From Flavobacteriales bacterium (GTDB lineage: Bacteria; Bacteroidota; Bacteroidia; Flavobacteriales_F; PHOS-HE28): a DNA stretch of 64,000 nucleotides. Of this stretch, positions 60,301 to 64,000 are shown piece after piece. The position numbers and the translations under genes were made by a program. The number at the start of each line of letters is the position of its first letter. Positions within the stretch are counted from its first letter, which is position 1. The notes below the pieces were generated by a model. That model was not told the DNA's origin. It saw only the letters and a list, made by a program, of their open reading frames with translations, and ran no database searches. The stretch spans positions 2,191-66,190 of the forward strand of contig JABWBQ010000012.1 of NCBI GenBank assembly GCA_013360395.1, in the 5' to 3' direction.

Positions 60301-63300
60301 TTTCATGACGTTCAAGGCCACCGAGCAGTTCATGGTGCACGGCCCTTCGGGCATGCAGCAGGTGAAACTGGTGCCGCTCAGCGACCAGTACTTCCCGCTC
60401 ACGGTAACGCGCAACGTGCCCTTCCCCGTGGGTGATCAACCCGTGGACCTGGGTGCCTTCACCGTGAAGGAGAAGCGGCACCGCCTGCGCGTGAAGCTCG
60501 ATTCGTTCGGCGGGCCCGTGGCCGGTGCCGTGGTGCGCGTGGACGACCGCCAGCAGGTTTCCGGCAGCGACGGCGTCGCCTACTTCGAGTTCCTCTCCGC
60601 CGCCTCCGAGTTCCGCCTGCGCGTGCAGCCGGGCGGCGACCTGATCCCGGTGGACCGCATCATCGTGAACGACGTGTCGCCCGAACCGGTGACCTTGGAG
60701 CAGTTCCTGGACAACGGCACCCAGCTTGTCGGCCATGTGGTATCCGCGCCCGGCAATGCGCCGGTGCCCGGTGCGCGCGTGTGGGTGGAGATCGGCAGCG
60801 ATCAATACGGTCCGCAGCTGAACCAGACCACCACCGACGCCAACGGCAACTTCACCCTGTCCGGCGTGCCCATGGGGCCCTTCACCGTGCATGCCGCCAA
60901 GTCCGACCCGCAGGTGAGCTACATCGGCACCGCGCAGGATGTCACCTACCTGATGGTGCCCGGCCCGCCGCCGAACTTCGGCATGGTGCCCAAGATGCCC
61001 GAGGTGACGCTGGTGCTGCAGCGCGCGGACGACCTTGACCTCACCACCCTGCTGGGCTTCCCCGTGGAGGTGACCGGGCGGACCAAGAACAACGACGGCA
61101 GCTCCACCATCAGCGGAGCCTTCGTCAACCTGCCCGCCAACCCCAACTTCCGCCTGTACGATCCCGCGCAGCGCATCCTCTTCAGCGCCATCACCGTGGA
61201 CCCCGGGCCGCCCGGACCCGGCGGCAAGCCGCGCGCTGTGCCCCGCGACGGGAAGGTGGTGACGGACATGGCGCAGGTGCCGCTCGGCCTCTACACCGGC
61301 CTGCGCGCCAGCCTGAAGGGCCTGCCGTTCTCCTTCTTCCCGGGGCGCGTGGAGGTGCACGCCATACCGAACGGAGGCGAGGTGCGCGGCACGGTGGGCA
61401 GTGAGCTCTCCTCCTTCAACTTCTCCTACGACTTCACCGGCAGCTTCTACCTGGGTGATGGCGCGGAGCAACCCCTGATCACGGTGTTCCGCAACGGCGC
61501 GCCGCTGCCCCAGCGCAGCTACAACCTGATGACGCTGGCCTACGGCGGAGGCCTGTTCGGCACATGGTCCCCCTCGAACGCGCAGTTCTCCCTCCGCGGC
61601 TTCCCCGCCCGCAGCGACCGCGCGCGCTCGGTGGTGGAGCCCGACGTGTTCCGCATCGCCACGGTGATCCAGGTGAAGGACGTGCCCGACATCACCCCGG
61701 CCGTGCTGGACCTGGACGTGGGCGAGATCCGCGTGAACGCCACCACCATCGAGGGTATCCAGGGCGGCGGCAGCACGCTCAACTTCAAGCTGAACGACTG
61801 GAGCTTCAGCGCCACCAGCCCGTGGACCTTCAACAACGAACTGGCCGCCATCGTGATCCCCAGCGGCGTGCTGGACATGAAGCTGGCCAAGGCCGACATG
61901 AACCAGGTGATGATCCGCCCCAACGCGCTGGAGATGGCCGCGAAGAACCTGGGCGAGGTGCGCCTCGGCGGCGTGGCCCCGCTGCAGCCCGCGCCCGGCA
62001 CCACCTGGACCTTCGGCTACGATCCGGGCTACCTTTTCCAAGGCAAGGCCGGTGCCTGGCGCTTCGGTGCGCTCACTGCGGGCAGCACCTCCGTGGCGTC
62101 CATCAAGGGCCCGCCGGAACTGGTGCCGGGCCAGGTGGAGCTTTCCAGCTTCTCGCTCTTCAGCCGCGGCATGCCCCTGGCCGAGGTGCGCGCACGCAAC
62201 TACCGCTACCACGACATCGTGGACCTGGTGCCCGTGGGCGCCATGCAGTTCACCCCCGACGGCGTGGACCTGCTGGCCAACTGCTCGCTGGCCATCCACG
62301 GTCTGCCGCAGACCACCGGCTTCTTCAGCTTCTACAAGGAGAACGGCCAGCCCGCCAGCCGCCTGAAGCCCCTCGGCGCCACCATCACCACGGGCCGGGG
62401 CAACGTGTACTTCCAGCTCGATGACCGCATGGCCTCGCAAGCGATCGGCCCCGGCCATTTCACCTGTTACGGCCGCTTCCGCATCGATCCCGGCGCCGGC
62501 GAGACCGGGGCGCCCGTGTACGCCTACGGCTTCCTGGACCACAAGGCGGGCAACACCTTCATCGACCTGATCCGCGAGGATGCCCAGCACTACAAGGGTT
62601 CCACGCGGCAGGCCATCGCCTTCGGCGGCGACAAGAAGATGCTGCTCAACAGCGGAAGGCAGACCATGGGCAGCAGCCAGTGGGAGGAGCTTTCCTTCAA
62701 GGGCAACCTGGTGAACATGGAGGGCATCGCCGATGCGCCGGAGAATGAATTGTCGTTCACGGTGAAGGGCGCCGTGAGCCTGCAGGACGGCAAGATCGGC
62801 ATGGACCAGCTGGCCACGCCCTTCGGCAACATGGCCATGAGCTACGACTTCGAGCATGCACGCCTGGTGGGCAGCCTGGGCCTGCACAACAACATGTTCG
62901 GCGCGGTGAACATCGTGGACGCCCAGCTCGGCCTGCTGGTGGACAAGGGCGGCTTCCTGGTGAGCTGCTACGATGCGCACGTGATCGTGCCGCCCGTGCC
63001 CTGGCCGTTGAACGATCACCACCCGGCCTTCCTGATCGGTTCGCACAACAGCATCCCGGACACCCTGCTCTCCAACATGATGGCCGGCTTCCGCCTGAAG
63101 AACCTGCCCGCGCACATGGCGGGCAAGCAGATCAAGGGCCTCTACCTGCAGGACAAGATGAGCCTCGTGGACATCTCGGTGCCCAGCGTGGACCTGCTGC
63201 TGCTGGGCGTGGAAGGCCATGCCGGCTGTGCCGTGGAAGGCCGCAACTGGGTGGACCTCGGCGGCAGCATCGGCTTCGGGGGCATGGCCTACGCCGATGC

Positions 63301-63544
63301 CAGCCTCAACTTCTGGCTGCTGAGCCCCATCCCCAACTGCAGCAGCCTGGACCTGTCCACCGGCGCCTCGGCGCTCTTCGAAGCCTCCCTGCAGAACGGC
63401 AGCTTCGGGCTCGATGCTTGCGGCTCCACCAGCGCCAGCGCCTCCATCTGCGGCGTGGGCGACAGCTACACCTTCACCGTGAAGGCCGGCGTGAACTCGG
63501 GCGGCTTCTACCTGAACCGCACCGACGCACCCTGCGGACAATGA
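57305..63544 (+). CDS. Very large (2079 aa) secreted protein with an N-terminal TANFOR-like domain and carboxypeptidase-regulatory-like domains
   Basis: Signal peptide then QISVIPVITPPYSTHLSDY...LPEGNYEFCVQAVDY (TANFOR-like, recognised by eye); several P(L/V)xxAxV...TDxxGxF modules; no T9SS CTD. Confidence 0.75.
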   Translation: MRHRLPSLIAAALVTVAAAAQTQISVIPVITPPYSTHLSDYQGALIVNLTNTTNEQVALKLIGTLTGDNGFSGHTRSTYAPPAPVVLGPLETRVLQANAQAMDFIDPNNFEVNAPQQVQNAVIQTGLLPEGNYEFCVQAVDYQTGEPLSAEAPVGCLFFPITYAQPPVLTFPWCDGTVGDPWPVFTWSPPVGAINMANVRYDLYVLEVLPGQNLVNAMMLAMDGVAGNPMVRTDLLVPSYPWQPYDPPLKENTLYAVGVVARDVTGSVLFENRGRSEVCTFTIQPPTPTTGTGASVTGQGISTVVPAITLPIGPLPDTHVKGRLLYRFKESTRPGCDPAGPLSIANIGGVILSPNAAVGLAGLPPSAGGATGQGTNTAMAGPLINAMGAGAAGGTLSMGAFMGAFNQSGGSSSYSYGMGESLIASVGMELISLFPQDKWKDPFPVSTTGAKPLKNIPIKLVEHVVLTNATIHYGQGQTVERDRLILGVDSLPFMGGALTGQQGDAVEWHYGKVVATGTTDGNGNFDLFYHQPSYTGIHLGSSSAGINSLIIDPISQEPLMLGSIDALNTSKVLMIEVASPYYCSPDLEIYAQPGDVVELPEQACYVRSYDLKVSVRQGQCAMQMGGTGSPMGNVQVSVMRPADHTPTEIPDDEGQHLDQSMPMPGLGDVPLVARCATKASDGSALFHNMVVHSDAAPDDYLLDCRTSTERGLYHYLSWNKTWPNWYGKPPVVLHGARSPLNSQLGDIPVYEVPVDLVPLQPRVMGRVMVSATEPLPNALVTLRLAYDPAPGNVSPVIVGCDQNTGTADFTYLEYTRLTDPDGFFDFTGILVKGSSDGMFFLGPHASILVSKPGYWPAVRPLAGEPPGVPPGQVNNSNPASPKVDLKMGLQWDMTSGILMKPVGWVKGLIQDEEGRPVRCDVQVGDGPWGRSELMMEVVGTTGGGQAPPSGNTNAPLVQMGDPIIPWLFQVPAAGGGQNVQPVLPQGQTQTQAPLLGAGGFMTFKATEQFMVHGPSGMQQVKLVPLSDQYFPLTVTRNVPFPVGDQPVDLGAFTVKEKRHRLRVKLDSFGGPVAGAVVRVDDRQQVSGSDGVAYFEFLSAASEFRLRVQPGGDLIPVDRIIVNDVSPEPVTLEQFLDNGTQLVGHVVSAPGNAPVPGARVWVEIGSDQYGPQLNQTTTDANGNFTLSGVPMGPFTVHAAKSDPQVSYIGTAQDVTYLMVPGPPPNFGMVPKMPEVTLVLQRADDLDLTTLLGFPVEVTGRTKNNDGSSTISGAFVNLPANPNFRLYDPAQRILFSAITVDPGPPGPGGKPRAVPRDGKVVTDMAQVPLGLYTGLRASLKGLPFSFFPGRVEVHAIPNGGEVRGTVGSELSSFNFSYDFTGSFYLGDGAEQPLITVFRNGAPLPQRSYNLMTLAYGGGLFGTWSPSNAQFSLRGFPARSDRARSVVEPDVFRIATVIQVKDVPDITPAVLDLDVGEIRVNATTIEGIQGGGSTLNFKLNDWSFSATSPWTFNNELAAIVIPSGVLDMKLAKADMNQVMIRPNALEMAAKNLGEVRLGGVAPLQPAPGTTWTFGYDPGYLFQGKAGAWRFGALTAGSTSVASIKGPPELVPGQVELSSFSLFSRGMPLAEVRARNYRYHDIVDLVPVGAMQFTPDGVDLLANCSLAIHGLPQTTGFFSFYKENGQPASRLKPLGATITTGRGNVYFQLDDRMASQAIGPGHFTCYGRFRIDPGAGETGAPVYAYGFLDHKAGNTFIDLIREDAQHYKGSTRQAIAFGGDKKMLLNSGRQTMGSSQWEELSFKGNLVNMEGIADAPENELSFTVKGAVSLQDGKIGMDQLATPFGNMAMSYDFEHARLVGSLGLHNNMFGAVNIVDAQLGLLVDKGGFLVSCYDAHVIVPPVPWPLNDHHPAFLIGSHNSIPDTLLSNMMAGFRLKNLPAHMAGKQIKGLYLQDKMSLVDISVPSVDLLLLGVEGHAGCAVEGRNWVDLGGSIGFGGMAYADASLNFWLLSPIPNCSSLDLSTGASALFEASLQNGSFGLDACGSTSASASICGVGDSYTFTVKAGVNSGGFYLNRTDAPCGQ

Positions 63545-64000
63545 ACGGCACTGCGATGAAAACGATCCTGTTCTCCCTCTTGCTCCTGGCCGCCGTGCCC
63601 AGCCTGGGCCAGCAGGCCGCCGCCAAGGCCGCCCAAGGGACCTGTGCGCTGAAGCCCCTGCATGCGCAAGGCCATGGCACCCGGATCCAAGTGACCTGGG
63701 CCGCACCCGCCTGCACCATCGCCAAAGTGCGCATCTACCGCCGCCGCCAGCATGTGGGCGACGAAGCGGAGATCCATCCCGCGGTCCTCATCGGCAACCG
63801 GCACGACACCACCTTCGTGCAGTGCTGGGACAGCGCCTTCACCGCGCTGGGCATCTACGAGTACCGCGCCGTGCCGGTGGATGCCGACGGCAGGGAAGGG
63901 GGCAGCTCCGGTTGGATCTCCGCGGACAACCTGGCCGATGAGGTGCGGCCGTGGATCAGCTCGGCAAGCGCCGCGGACCTGCCGGGCCAGCGGGCCATCC
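63541..64000 (+). CDS. Secreted fibronectin type III-like protein, partial (runs off the window)
   Basis: ATG 63541 overlaps the upstream stop (second ATG at 63556). Reads MKTILFSLLLLAAVPSLGQ...IQVTW...VRIYRR...GIYEYRAVPVDADGREG, open to the window end. Confidence 0.75.
   Translation, partial: MNGTAMKTILFSLLLLAAVPSLGQQAAAKAAQGTCALKPLHAQGHGTRIQVTWAAPACTIAKVRIYRRRQHVGDEAEIHPAVLIGNRHDTTFVQCWDSAFTALGIYEYRAVPVDADGREGGSSGWISADNLADEVRPWISSASAADLPGQRAI

Overview
GC-rich (roughly 65-70% in sampled housekeeping lines) Bacteroidota DNA, Flavobacteriales-like. The phylum call rests on T9SS cargo proteins, TAnnTT(T/C)G -7 promoter elements and a split metH. Most of the window is housekeeping: the 3' end of the cytochrome c oxidase operon, an S9 peptidase, SAM-I riboswitch-controlled metH, tolC-tsaB, gpmI, tRNA-Phe, coaX-lptC-PPIase, purH-mreBCD-mrdA-rodA, trpS, plsC-gatC and kbl. 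The accessory DNA is more interesting. (1) A ~6.4 kb three-gene secreted-protein cassette appears inserted into the cox operon. It has a low-GC core, an in-frame TAG in gene 2, a frame-determining G10 tract in gene 1, and a composite 7-mer/CACAGAT repeat at its edge. (2) A GxxExxY (PD-(D/E)XK-like) nuclease gene sits between the two metH halves, bracketed by direct and inverted copies of a 28-bp CACAGAG-triad repeat, with related gene-less repeat elements nearby. This is a candidate repeat-associated selfish element. (3) A vapBC-type toxin-antitoxin pair. (4) Three tandem choice-of-anchor-L T9SS adhesins. (5) At the right edge, an operon encoding an outer-membrane beta-barrel, a 2079-aa TANFOR-like protein with no T9SS signal, and an FN3-like protein, a candidate uncharacterised surface/secretion system. 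All family assignments come from motif recognition by eye; no database searches were run.
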